Both the position numbers and the translations under genes were made by a program. A DNA stretch of 64,000 bases, from assembly GCA_964484935.1 (NCBI GenBank), contig CAZAFW010000001.1, forward strand, positions 135,654 through 199,653, read 5' to 3'. This DNA comes from an uncultured Peptostreptococcaceae bacterium. Lineage in GTDB: Bacteria; Bacillota; Clostridia; Peptostreptococcales; BM714. Each line of letters opens with the position of its first letter. Positions within the stretch are counted from its first letter, which is position 1. Under the pieces are notes generated by a model. It saw only the letters and a list, made by a program, of their open reading frames with translations, ran no database searches and was not told where the DNA came from. Positions 55,072 to 64,000 of this stretch are shown here, in pieces.

Positions 55072-55824
55072 TTAAAATTCCGGCGCCTGAGGCGGCATTT
55101 CCCTCTTATGCTCCGTACGCTTATGCATTGTTTCGATTATTTTACGGTCTTTTTCCGGTATTGTTTTGCCTTCAAGATAATCGTCAATCATATCGTAGGT
55201 GGTGCCCATCTCGCCTTCGTCGGTCTGCCCTTCCCAAAGTCCAGCCGATGGAGCCCTTTTCAGAACGGATTCAGGAGCTCCTAAAACTTCTCCCCACTTA
55301 TATACATCCCTTTTGGGGAGTCTCGATATGGGCAGCAAGTCAACGCCTCCGTCACCGTATTTTGTGAAATATCCCGTGTGTGTTTCAGCGGCATTGTCAG
55401 TACCAACAACCATGTAGCTCATCGCTCCCGCTATTGCATACAAAGTGCTCATTCTAAGCCTGGCTCTCAAATTTGCATCGGTGAGCCTGATGCGGTTTTC
55501 GTCAAACGCTTTTACCCCTCTTAGCTTTTCCATGACATTCTTAAGTATAGTCTCATGGGCCTCGCTCAGCTCGACCTCTACGGTATCTATTCCGCAGGCC
55601 TCAGCGCACAAAATGGCATCTTCACGGTCCTTTCCGCTGCTTTTGCATGGAAGTATTACCCCAAGCGAATCATTGGGAAAAGCCCTCTTGATAAGTCCCG
55701 CCACCACCGTTGAATCGATGCCTCCGGAAAGTCCTACCAAAAGCCCCTTTGCCCCGCTCGACTTTACCATTTCCCTCAACCAGTCAACTGTCAAATCAAT
55801 CTTCTGTTCAATCGTCTTGTCCAT
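55072..55824 (-). CDS. nadE: ammonia-dependent NAD+ synthetase
   Basis: PP-loop LLVGLSGGIDSTVVAGL, …VVGTDNAAE..TGYFTKYGDGG…, about 250 aa. Confidence 0.92.
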   Translation of the reverse strand: MDKTIEQKIDLTVDWLREMVKSSGAKGLLVGLSGGIDSTVVAGLIKRAFPNDSLGVILPCKSSGKDREDAILCAEACGIDTVEVELSEAHETILKNVMEKLRGVKAFDENRIRLTDANLRARLRMSTLYAIAGAMSYMVVGTDNAAETHTGYFTKYGDGGVDLLPISRLPKRDVYKWGEVLGAPESVLKRAPSAGLWEGQTDEGEMGTTYDMIDDYLEGKTIPEKDRKIIETMHKRTEHKREMPPQAPEF

Positions 55825-55879
55825 TTCTACCTCCGTGAATTAATTATGGAAAAATTATAACACAAATGGGCTTTACCAT

Positions 55880-56293
55880 CTATAGAATTTCTTTTGCCCT
55901 TCTGTTGAGTTCAGCCATTACGCAACCTTCCGTTACGGCATCAATCTCCAATTCTTCCGTTTTTTTTATTGCCGCCTCGTCCATGGTTCCAGGCTGAAAC
56001 CAAACATGTGAAACTCCGGCTTTTTTGATTGAATCAAGAAGTCTTGTCCCGATTTCGGGTTTGACCACCATATCGATGCATTCAGGCACGACGGGCAAGT
56101 CTCCTATACTTGCATACACCTTGTCTCCGTCTATTGTTTCGCAACCCGGATTCACCGGGTATACCTCATATCCAAATCTCTTTAAAGTCTTGTATATCTT
56201 GTATCCGAAATTTTTCTTGTGGGGGCTTGCGCCAATTACGGCCCAAGTCTTCTTCCCCAGCATCATTTCTTTAAGTTCTTCTTGCGATTTCAT
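55880..56293 (-). CDS. CoA-binding domain protein (YccU/YneT-like)
   Basis: …KTWAVIGASPHKKNFGYKIYKTLKRFGYEVYPVNP…VYASIGDLP…VWFQPG… Start set at ATG 56293 behind GAGGAGGA. Confidence 0.8.
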   Translation of the reverse strand: MKSQEELKEMMLGKKTWAVIGASPHKKNFGYKIYKTLKRFGYEVYPVNPGCETIDGDKVYASIGDLPVVPECIDMVVKPEIGTRLLDSIKKAGVSHVWFQPGTMDEAAIKKTEELEIDAVTEGCVMAELNRRAKEIL

Positions 56294-56304
56294 TTTCTTC
56301 CTCC

Positions 56305-56952
56305 TCAATCAATGATTTTTCCATCTATTACTAAATGGAAGCCTGCGTCCGACCTTTCCATTTCAGCCTTTCCGTTTGTAATATTAATAATGTTCGTTTT
56401 GAATTCATCGTCGTCTTCAGGACGTGAATATATGAACATGTGTACATTTTCGTCAAACTCGGTTTTTTCAAGGATGTATTTGCTGTCATAAAGGAAATTT
56501 TGAATTTTCCCGTGCATCGAATAATCGACATTGACTGCAAACAGGGAAAGCAAAGTCTTTCTAGCTATGCCTGCCTCTTCAAAGGCCTTTTTCGCGACAT
56601 GTGTGTAAGCCCTCACGAGGCCTCCCGTTCCAAGCTTGATCCCTCCGAACCAACGCGTTACAACAACAACTAAATTGGTCAATTCCATGTTCTTTATCAT
56701 TTCAAGAATAGGTACACCGGCGGTGCCGCTCGGCTCTCCATCATCGCTGCAACGCTGTATTTCTTGCCCTTCCCCCAATACGAAAACCGGAACATTATGT
56801 CTTGCATCCTTATTTCTTTTTTTTATTGTCCCAATGAATTCATTCGCTTCTTCTTCCGTCTCAACCGGCTTTACATAAGCTATGAATCTTGATTTTTTGA
56901 CTTCCTCTTCCCATGAAGCCTGTTTTAGCAATGTCTTGTATTCTTTTTTCAT
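56305..56952 (-). CDS. yigZ: YigZ/IMPACT family protein (UPF0029)
   Basis: …EEEVKKSRFIAYVKPV…, …ARHNVPVFVLG……DDGEPSGTAG.PIL…, …VVVTRWFGGIKLGTGGLVRAY…. Confidence 0.88.
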   Translation of the reverse strand: MKKEYKTLLKQASWEEEVKKSRFIAYVKPVETEEEANEFIGTIKKRNKDARHNVPVFVLGEGQEIQRCSDDGEPSGTAGVPILEMIKNMELTNLVVVVTRWFGGIKLGTGGLVRAYTHVAKKAFEEAGIARKTLLSLFAVNVDYSMHGKIQNFLYDSKYILEKTEFDENVHMFIYSRPEDDDEFKTNIINITNGKAEMERSDAGFHLVIDGKIID

Positions 56953-58268
56953 TGCGCATCATCTTCCCCTGCGATAAATTTCCTGTATCTTCCCGCATCC
57001 TTTCGGCTCAGCTCAACAAAAGCCTTTATGCCGTTTTCTTCGTAAACGGTTTCAATTACATTGTGCCTTTCTTTTATTTCAGAATAGACTCCCCCATCCG
57101 AGTAGGGAATGAGAATCCATATCTTGACCATGCTTTTAAACAGTACGCCTTGAATCCTTTTTATCAGCTCGTCAATTCCGAAACCCGTTTTCGCCGAAAC
57201 ATCAATGTCTGTTTTAGCATCGCCCAAAAGCAAAGTCCCTTCTTCCACAAGATCCATCTTGTTGTATACGACAATTTCAGGTATTTCCTCCGAAACTCCT
57301 ATTTCCTTCAAAACCCTGTCTGTCGTATCCTTTTGCATGAGATAATCCGGGTTTGATGCGTCTACCACATTCACCAGCAAGTCCGCATCAAGAACTTCCT
57401 CGAGTGTCGACTTGAATGCCTCGACAAGCAAATGAGGAAGGTCACTCACAAACCCTACTGTATCGGTCAATACGAAAACCTTTCCTTTTTCCATCTCAAT
57501 GCGCCTAGTCGATGTGTCAAGAGTGGCAAAGAGCATGTTTTCCTCGTATACCTTGGTTCCAAGGAGTTCTTCGTCCAAGCTTTTTTCAATGAAATGGTTC
57601 ATAAGGGAAGACTTCCCCGCATTTGTGTAGCCTACAAGTGCAACCATGGGAATCTCTTTTTCCGTCCGCTTCTTTTTCTGCACCTGCCTGACTTGATCGA
57701 TTTTCCTCAGTTGCCTCCTGATTTCAGCAATCCTGTTCATTATATGGCGGCGGTCGATTTCGAGCTTCTGCTCCCCCGGGCCCCTCGTTCCTATCCCTGC
57801 ACCTGTTCTCGAAAGGGCATTGCCCATTCCTCTTAGCCTTGGCAAACGATATTTGAGCTGGGCAAGCTCCACTTGAAGCTTGGCTTGCCTTGTTGTCGCC
57901 CTCAAAGCAAAAATATCCAGTATCAGGATGGTCCTGTCTATTACCGTCTTGTCCGTCGCCTCCTCGAGGTTCCTTATTTGTGATCCGGTGAGTTCACTGT
58001 TAAAAATAATTATGTCCACTTGCAGGCCTTCTGCAAAACTGCGGATTTCATCCACCTTTCCCTTGCCGATGAAAAAAGCCGGATCCGGCCTTTCTCTTTT
58101 CTGCCTTACTCTGTCTACAACTACCGCCCCGGCGGCTTCGCAAAGGCCCTGGAGTTCGTTCAAAGACTCTTCTATTGGCAATTCCGTAAAGCCCGGCCCT
58201 TCGACCCCTACTATCATTGCCTTTTGTTCTCTGTTTTCTTTATTATCCATTAGCTTTATCGCTCCCAT
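56949..58268 (-). CDS. hflX: GTPase HflX
   Basis: HflX N-domain (…QVELAQLKYRLPRL…GPGEQKLEIDRR…) and G-domain (GYTNAGKSSLMN, DTVGF, NKMD). The true start may be ATG 58250 (MDNKEN…, GGGAG upstream) rather than 58268. Confidence 0.92.
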   Translation of the reverse strand: MGAIKLMDNKENREQKAMIVGVEGPGFTELPIEESLNELQGLCEAAGAVVVDRVRQKRERPDPAFFIGKGKVDEIRSFAEGLQVDIIIFNSELTGSQIRNLEEATDKTVIDRTILILDIFALRATTRQAKLQVELAQLKYRLPRLRGMGNALSRTGAGIGTRGPGEQKLEIDRRHIMNRIAEIRRQLRKIDQVRQVQKKKRTEKEIPMVALVGYTNAGKSSLMNHFIEKSLDEELLGTKVYEENMLFATLDTSTRRIEMEKGKVFVLTDTVGFVSDLPHLLVEAFKSTLEEVLDADLLVNVVDASNPDYLMQKDTTDRVLKEIGVSEEIPEIVVYNKMDLVEEGTLLLGDAKTDIDVSAKTGFGIDELIKRIQGVLFKSMVKIWILIPYSDGGVYSEIKERHNVIETVYEENGIKAFVELSRKDAGRYRKFIAGEDDAQ

Positions 58269-58382
58269 ATTCTATGTTTGTTACAATTCTTTCATTATTG
58301 CCAAACGCCTTTCTTCTTATGTTATAATATTATAGCATTTGATTGCAATAATATTCACAGAAACAACCTTCGGAGGTATGAA

Positions 58383-61300
58383 ATGGACCATAAAAAACCA
58401 AAACCCAAAAGCAAGAAAAACAGATTCAAAAGCGCTCTCAAGATAATGCTTGTCGTGATACTTCTAGCAGGATTCGTAGCTGCAGGCATGACAGCCGGAC
58501 TGGTGGCCGCAAGCCTTAAAAACATCAAGAAAGTAGATACTTCGCGGATAAACCAGATTCTTGACGAGAACTCTTTCATATTGGACCAGAACGGTCTAGT
58601 CATCGAGAAAATTCAAAGTGACGGACTGCGTACCATAGTCGACTACGAGGACATAGACGAGGACCTCAAAAACGCTTTCATAGCAACCGAGGACAGAACC
58701 TTCTTCGATCACCACGGATTCAACTACAAAAGACTGGTGGGCGCAGTGCTCCAGGGCATCTCAAAAGGAGGCCGCATAAGCGGCACAAGCACAATAACCC
58801 AGCAGCTGGCAAGAAACCTCTATCTGGAGGAGATAAAAAGCACACGCACCCTCTCCCGCAAGATAAAGGAAGCCTACTACGCAGTGCAGCTTGAAAAAGA
58901 ACTGCGTAAAGAACAAATCTTCGAAGCCTATCTCAATACCATTTACTTGGGAAGCGGAGCATATGGCGTAAACGCGGCATCTCAAACCTATTTCAGCAAA
59001 AATGCCGACGACCTTACCATACCCGAAGCCGCGCTTATTGCCGGAATAACTCAGCACCCCGCAACTCATTCCCCAATAAAAGTCATCAAGAAATCCGATG
59101 TAGGCGAAGACGACTTCGTGATAGATTCAAACGATGAAATATACACAACTGTATTCAATGAAAGCAGCCTTGACAGATACAAGAGCGTACTAGGCTTCAT
59201 GAAGCTTGAAGGATATATAACAGAAGAGGAATACCAGGACGGCATGACAATCGACTTGAAAACAATTCTGAACCCAAGCCAAAACAAAAATTCCGAAATT
59301 TCATCATATTTTTCAGACCTTCTCAAGGAGGAAGTAATCGCGGCCCTTATGGAATCATTGAATACAACGAGAGAAAGGGCTCAAGAAATACTATACACAC
59401 AGGGACTCAAGATTTATTCCACGCTCGATATGGACATACAAAGGAATCTCGAGAGTGTATACTCTGATTCCGACAATTTTCCAAAACTTGTATACCCAAA
59501 AGACAGAAACGGAAATATTCTTGTCATAAGGAGAGATTCTAAAACAAACCAAGTAATCAGTAACAAGATTATTTTGTACAGTTACGACAACATAGTAGAC
59601 AAAAGCGGCGATCTTTTAATTCCGAAAACCGATTACAGATATGACGAAAGCGGAAATCTTGTTCTGCTTAAGAACAAACGCCTCAATTTCATCTCTTTAT
59701 ATGAAGGCGGAAAAGTTGTCGGCATCCAGGTCGTGGTCAAGGACACATATAAAGCCGACACATCTAAAGAGCAATATCTCCCCCAATCGGATGAATACCT
59801 GATACCGGAGATAATGATATACAAAGGTCAAAAGGTTTCCATACCTCCTGAAAGCAAAACTTATGACGATTCCAAAAATCTGCTTGTGAGCAAGGATTTC
59901 CTTGATTCAAACCCAACCTTTTTCAATATGGACGACTCTGAAAATTTAACAATAGACAAAGAGAATTTTTCAATCAGCTCCAAGGGTGTAGTTCAGCCCC
60001 AGTCCGCTTCTGTTGTCATAGACTATTCGACCGGATCGATAAAGGCCCTTATGGGCGGGCGGAACATAAGCGGACAGAAAATATTCAACAGGGCAATAAA
60101 TCCAAGGCAGCCGGGTTCTTCAATTAAGCCTCTGGCCGTCTACACACCTGCGATAGACATGGGCATGACCCCCGCAACAGTCATAGACGATATACCCCAC
60201 TACGGAGCGGACGGATCCCTCTGGCCCAAGAACTGGTACAAGGAGAAATACTGGGGCCTCTCGACTATCCGTGAAGCAATTGTCTGGTCTCAAAATGTAG
60301 TTGCGGTAAAAACCGAAGAGCAGGTGGGCCTTGCAAATTCGGTGGACTATCTTAAAAAAATGGGAATTACTACGGTAAGGGAATCCGGGGCCTACAATGA
60401 TATCAACCTGTCAGCCCTAGCCCTCGGCGGCATGACAGAAGGAATTTCGCCTCTCGAGATGGCTGCCGCATACGGATCGCTTGGAAACAGCGGAATATAT
60501 GTAAAGCCCAGGACTTTCACAAAAATAACCGACAACAGCGGCAATATAATTTACGAAAATGATCCCTGGAAAGAATTTGTGGTGGATGAAAAGACCGCTT
60601 TCCTTATGACCGACATGCTTCATGAAGCCGTGACGGCCGGTACGGGAGCAAGAGCGAAATTTGAATCCAGCAACTCCAAAATGCCTGTGGCAGGCAAAAC
60701 CGGTACAACTACTGACAATTACGACGCATGGTTTGTAGGATACACTCCTTATTACTCTGCGAGCGTATGGATAGGCAACGACCTTCAGGTAGAGCTTGAC
60801 AGCGGAAGCCGCTCGAGCGCAATTTTATGGCAGTCGTTCATGAGCAAAATACATGAAGACTATCCTGACACCTCATTTGAAAAACCGCAAGGAATAGTAA
60901 CTGTTGCAGTAGACACAAAGTCAGGCAAACTGCCCACCGAGCTTTCTTACATGGACACCAGAAATACTGTACGCAACGAATACTTCGCTGAAGGCACCGA
61001 ACCTGTGGAATATGACGATGTTCATGTGCAAATGACCGTATGCGCCGACAGCGGTCTGATTCCAACCGGATATTGCCCCATAACCTCGCTCGAGAACAGA
61101 GTGTTCGTAAAAAGGGCTGTCCCCTATATCCCATCCGAGCATTTGGACAAAAACGAATATGCTCTTGTTCCAAGGGACTGGATCTATGAAATACCTCAAA
61201 AATACTGCAATGTCCACGGATACGGTTACCTTTACCAATACAACATGGACAACCTTCCCGATGAAGCCATACAGATGCCTGACGGCACAGTTCAACTGCC

Positions 61301-61574
61301 CGGGAACGTATTGCTGATGCTTGACGGATCATTCATGCTTCCAAACGGTCAAATAATACCGCCTCAACCGAGTGTAAACGAATACATTGAAAGCAATCCC
61401 AATTTGATAAATTCGCCGGACCCGACAACAGGGCAGCTCCTTCCTCCCCAAGGTTTCATGCCGCCGGAACCGCCGGTTGAAATTGTCCCTGTTGTAGAAG
61501 AAGATACTTCCGTTGATGATGAAGACATTGGCGATAATGAAGAAACCGAAAGCGAAGAAACTGAAAGCGAATAA
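58383..61574 (+). CDS. class A penicillin-binding protein (glycosyltransferase + transpeptidase), long form with acidic C-terminal tail
   Basis: Start ATG 58383 behind GGAGGT (MDHKKPKPKSKKNRF…, TM). GT51 motifs EDRTFFDHHGF, GTSTITQQLARN, RKIKEAYYAVQLE. TP motifs SSIKP, SQN, KTGTT. Tail …EEDTSVDDEDIGDNEETESEETESE. The tracked start at 58278 has no SD. Confidence 0.92.
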   Translation: MDHKKPKPKSKKNRFKSALKIMLVVILLAGFVAAGMTAGLVAASLKNIKKVDTSRINQILDENSFILDQNGLVIEKIQSDGLRTIVDYEDIDEDLKNAFIATEDRTFFDHHGFNYKRLVGAVLQGISKGGRISGTSTITQQLARNLYLEEIKSTRTLSRKIKEAYYAVQLEKELRKEQIFEAYLNTIYLGSGAYGVNAASQTYFSKNADDLTIPEAALIAGITQHPATHSPIKVIKKSDVGEDDFVIDSNDEIYTTVFNESSLDRYKSVLGFMKLEGYITEEEYQDGMTIDLKTILNPSQNKNSEISSYFSDLLKEEVIAALMESLNTTRERAQEILYTQGLKIYSTLDMDIQRNLESVYSDSDNFPKLVYPKDRNGNILVIRRDSKTNQVISNKIILYSYDNIVDKSGDLLIPKTDYRYDESGNLVLLKNKRLNFISLYEGGKVVGIQVVVKDTYKADTSKEQYLPQSDEYLIPEIMIYKGQKVSIPPESKTYDDSKNLLVSKDFLDSNPTFFNMDDSENLTIDKENFSISSKGVVQPQSASVVIDYSTGSIKALMGGRNISGQKIFNRAINPRQPGSSIKPLAVYTPAIDMGMTPATVIDDIPHYGADGSLWPKNWYKEKYWGLSTIREAIVWSQNVVAVKTEEQVGLANSVDYLKKMGITTVRESGAYNDINLSALALGGMTEGISPLEMAAAYGSLGNSGIYVKPRTFTKITDNSGNIIYENDPWKEFVVDEKTAFLMTDMLHEAVTAGTGARAKFESSNSKMPVAGKTGTTTDNYDAWFVGYTPYYSASVWIGNDLQVELDSGSRSSAILWQSFMSKIHEDYPDTSFEKPQGIVTVAVDTKSGKLPTELSYMDTRNTVRNEYFAEGTEPVEYDDVHVQMTVCADSGLIPTGYCPITSLENRVFVKRAVPYIPSEHLDKNEYALVPRDWIYEIPQKYCNVHGYGYLYQYNMDNLPDEAIQMPDGTVQLPGNVLLMLDGSFMLPNGQIIPPQPSVNEYIESNPNLINSPDPTTGQLLPPQGFMPPEPPVEIVPVVEEDTSVDDEDIGDNEETESEETESE

Positions 61575-61582
61575 GCGAATAT

Positions 61583-61621
61583 AAAAGAAAGATGCCGACA
61601 AATTGTCGGCATCTTTCTTTT
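61583..61621. terminator. bidirectional rho-independent terminator
   Basis: AAAAGAAAGATGCCGACAA-TT-TTGTCGGCATCTTTCTTTT is a long perfect palindrome between convergent genes. Confidence 0.85.
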
Positions 61622-61653
61622 ATATTCTACTGGTCGTCTATAGCATTCGTTTT

Positions 61654-62010
61654 CTATCTGCGCCTTCGTTCAGGCTTTGTCATTCCCGTTATCGCCATGT
61701 TAAGAAAAGTAAGCATTATCGATGCCAACACAGCTGTCGCAAAGCTGTCTATAACGAATCCTCCCACGAAAAAATCCACAGCTTTCAGCATGAAACCATT
61801 CAGTATAAATGTGAATATGCCAAGTGTCATTATGTTTATGGGAAGCGTCAAAACAATCAAAACAGGCCTTATCAGCATGTTCAGTACGCTAAGCAGCAAT
61901 GCGGCGGACATGGCAGTGGCAAAGCCCTTTACTGCAACCCCTTCAAACAACCACGCTATGACATATATGGAAATGGAGTTGACGATCCATCTGTTCAAGA
62001 ATTTCGCCAA
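61654..62010 (-). CDS. DUF360 / 'phage holin family 4'-type membrane protein (YvlD-like)
   Basis: 118 aa, four hydrophobic segments, …WIVNSISIYVIAWL…LLLSVLNMLIRPVLIVLTLPINIMTLGIFTFILNG… is a typical DUF360 pattern. No phage genes are nearby. Confidence 0.75.
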   Translation of the reverse strand: MAKFLNRWIVNSISIYVIAWLFEGVAVKGFATAMSAALLLSVLNMLIRPVLIVLTLPINIMTLGIFTFILNGFMLKAVDFFVGGFVIDSFATAVLASIMLTFLNMAITGMTKPERRRR

Positions 62011-62024
62011 TTCAAAAACCCCTT

Positions 62025-63200
62025 TCAGTTGACGGTTATTTGTCTGATTGTTTTTTCCGAAACTGCTTTTTCTATAAGCTCTTCCGATTCAATGTGCTTT
62101 TCCGATTCGAGCATCCTGGACAATCTGGGTTTTGTAAGAGGCTTTTTCGGAAGAAAAACCGTACAACAATCCTCAAATGGAAGTATCGATGTTTCGAACG
62201 TTCCGATTCTTTGGGCTATTTCCATAATATCCACCTTGTCGGAGGCTATGAGAGGCCTGATAACCGGCAATTGAACAGACTGGTTGGTTACGGATATGCT
62301 TTCAACCGTTTGGCTGGCAACCTGCCCGAGGCTTTCTCCTGTAATCAAAGCCTGGCAATTTCTTTCCATTGCAATTTTTTCCGCTATTCTCATCATGAAA
62401 CGCCTTGAAAGTATTGTCATTTCCTCGGCCTTGCAGTTTTCGTTTATCGCCTTCTGTATCGGCAATAGATTGACGCTGTGTACAACTATGATGTTTACGT
62501 ACCTGCACAGATGCCTGGCCAGGTCCATAACTTTTTCCTCCGCCCTTTCGCTTGTGAACGGGTAACTGTGAAAATGAACAGCCTCGATTTCCAGTCCTCG
62601 CTTAGCCGTCATCCATCCTGCTACCGGGCTGTCAATCCCTCCGGACAAGAGGAGCATTGCGCGCCCGCCCGTTTTGTATGGAAGGCCTCCCAATGCGTAT
62701 ATCCTTTTAGTGAAAACCAGATTGTATGAACGTATCTCTACAAAGACCATCATGTCGGGATTATGGACATCGACTTCAAGCCCTTCTATGTTTTCAAGTA
62801 TCAATCCTCCAAGAGACATGCATACCTCTGGTGATTTCATCGGAAACTTCTTATTGACCCTTTTAGTCTCTACCTTGAAGCTTTTTACAGGTATTACCTC
62901 GACGTGTGCCCTTGCCGCCCTAAGCACGACATCCTCTATTTCTTCCATGCCCCCATCGAACTTTAAAGCTGGTATTATGGAATATATGCCGAAAACCTCT
63001 TTCAAAAGCCCAATTAAGGATTCTTCCTCTTCCGGCCGGTAGCCTTCAATATAAACCCTTCCCTGGTCTCTTGAAACTACAGCCTTGTCGAAATCCCTTA
63101 TTTTAAACTTTATGTTCTTTATCAGCTGGCTGATGAAGATGGATTTGTTCATGCCCTTGAGGCTTACCTCTCCGTAGTTTATAGCTATTATATTCTCCAT
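62025..63200 (-). CDS. thiI: tRNA 4-thiouridine(8) synthase ThiI
   Basis: N-terminal ferredoxin-like and THUMP region, then the PP-loop LLLSGGIDSPVAGWM. No rhodanese domain (short Firmicute form). Confidence 0.93.
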   Translation of the reverse strand: MENIIAINYGEVSLKGMNKSIFISQLIKNIKFKIRDFDKAVVSRDQGRVYIEGYRPEEEESLIGLLKEVFGIYSIIPALKFDGGMEEIEDVVLRAARAHVEVIPVKSFKVETKRVNKKFPMKSPEVCMSLGGLILENIEGLEVDVHNPDMMVFVEIRSYNLVFTKRIYALGGLPYKTGGRAMLLLSGGIDSPVAGWMTAKRGLEIEAVHFHSYPFTSERAEEKVMDLARHLCRYVNIIVVHSVNLLPIQKAINENCKAEEMTILSRRFMMRIAEKIAMERNCQALITGESLGQVASQTVESISVTNQSVQLPVIRPLIASDKVDIMEIAQRIGTFETSILPFEDCCTVFLPKKPLTKPRLSRMLESEKHIESEELIEKAVSEKTIRQITVN

Positions 63201-63204
63201 TTTT

Positions 63205-64000
63205 TCATCTGCCCTTTCCTTTTATTATTTTGCGTATCTCTTCCACATTTTTTTTAAGGCTGTTAATCAGAATTGCAATTTCATCATGATTGTTCTCCCA
63301 TGTAAAGCTTATTCTTAAAGCGCCGCCTATATATTCTACGGGCACCCCTATAGCTTCAAGCACATGGCTGCTCCCCTTTTTTTTAGAGGAACAGGCAGAA
63401 CCGGATGAAACAAATATTCCGTCGTTTTCCAATGAATGCAGCAAAACCTCGGCGCGAACATCCTTGAAGCATGCATTGACTATATTAGGGGAATACCCCG
63501 GACCGTCAGATAGAATCATGCAGTCGGTCAAATTCTTTTTAAGTCCTTCAATTAGACTGCCTTTATAAAGTTCCATTTTGCGGCGGTTGGCATCCTTTGA
63601 CTTCATCATGTCGCAAACGGCAGCTCCCATGCCCGCTATGGCCGGCACATTTTCGGTTCCGCTCCTTATTCCCGATTCCTGATTCCCCCCATAAAGCAAA
63701 GGACTTATTTTGATCCCTTTCCTTATATAAAGAAAACCAATCCCCTTCGGACCATGGAACTTGTGCCCGCTGCCTGATAGCAAGTCTATTCCCATCCTTT
63801 TTACGTCTATTTCCATTTTGCCCAAAGCCTGCACGCAATCCACATGGAATGCAGTATCCGGGTTCAATGCCTTTACAGCCTTTCCTATCTCCATTATGGG
63901 CTGGACCGATCCTATTTCATTGTTTACTGCCATTACACTCACCAAGGCGGTATTGCTGTCGATGCTTTTTTTAACATCCTCAAGTTGCAAGAATCCATTC
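63205..64000 (-). CDS. class V aminotransferase cysteine desulfurase (NifS/IscS-like); 5' end outside window
   Basis: The frame stays open to the window edge (…NGF-LQLEDVKK…). …LVSVMAVNNEIGSVQPI…, …HVDCVQALGK…, …SGHKFHGPKGIGFLY… (PLP Lys), …SSGSACSS… (catalytic Cys loop). Adjacent to thiI. Confidence 0.9.
   Translation of the reverse strand, partial: NGFLQLEDVKKSIDSNTALVSVMAVNNEIGSVQPIMEIGKAVKALNPDTAFHVDCVQALGKMEIDVKRMGIDLLSGSGHKFHGPKGIGFLYIRKGIKISPLLYGGNQESGIRSGTENVPAIAGMGAAVCDMMKSKDANRRKMELYKGSLIEGLKKNLTDCMILSDGPGYSPNIVNACFKDVRAEVLLHSLENDGIFVSSGSACSSKKKGSSHVLEAIGVPVEYIGGALRISFTWENNHDEIAILINSLKKNVEEIRKIIKGKGR

Noticed and set aside
61583-61621. Mirrored peptide starts MPTICRHLSFIF (minus) and MPTNCRHLSFIF (plus) that look like a duplicated gene fragment
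   Set aside because: Both come from reading the same perfect palindromic terminator in opposite directions. It is an artefact of hairpin symmetry.
61654-62010. 'Phage holin family 4' protein as a sign of a prophage or lysis cassette
   Set aside because: No endolysin, integrase, or capsid/tail genes are nearby. DUF360/YvlD proteins are widespread chromosomal membrane proteins. The flanks are thiI and a PBP.

Overview
This window looks like core chromosome of a low-GC, anaerobic Firmicute (Clostridia/Tissierellia-like). It is densely packed, with about 72 protein genes, almost all on the minus strand. I saw no rRNA, tRNA, CRISPR, IS element or prophage by eye.

Gene order, left to right on the plus strand:
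- AGCS alanine/cation symporter (5' end off-window), selD, comEA, a D-Ala-D-Ala carboxypeptidase, ridA
- leuS with a T-box leader
- rsfS-yqeK-nadD-yhbY-obg and rpmA-prp-rplU
- RNase G/E plus a two-gene radical-SAM pair of unknown function
- rodA-mrdA-mreDCB-radC-maf
- rnfBAEGDC
- a six-gene hydrogenase-like/DRTGG/HATPase/PHP cluster
- a SPOR-like protein, hemZ, an MBL hydrolase, dtd, relA, apt, recJ
- secDF, a gamma-carbonic-anhydrase-like protein, the SCIFF maturase and its peptide
- yajC-tgt-queA, a SpoIID/LytB protein, ruvBAC
- an SOS-boxed YneA-like gene, yebC-family, nadE, yigZ, hflX, a class A PBP, thiI, and a cysteine desulfurase (5' end off-window)

Points the ORF track misses or obscures:
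1. selD is a selenoprotein gene. An in-frame UGA sits at the catalytic Cys/Sec position, upstream of the tracked ORF.
2. A 46-aa six-cysteine SCIFF ranthipeptide precursor (46395..46535) lies next to its radical-SAM/SPASM maturase. It falls below the ORF-track size cut-off.
3. A tightly coupled, functionally uncharacterised cluster sits directly upstream of, and co-oriented with, rnfCDGEAB. It encodes a FeFe-hydrogenase-like protein, two DRTGG proteins, two stand-alone HATPase proteins and a PHP phosphoesterase. I read it as a candidate redox/H2-sensing module, and it is my best candidate for an undescribed system.
4. Two perfect-core LexA (Cheo) boxes overlap a near-consensus promoter for a YneA-like TM+LysM protein.

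All calls come from reading the sequence and the ORF translations. No database search was run. CDS coordinates include the stop codon.
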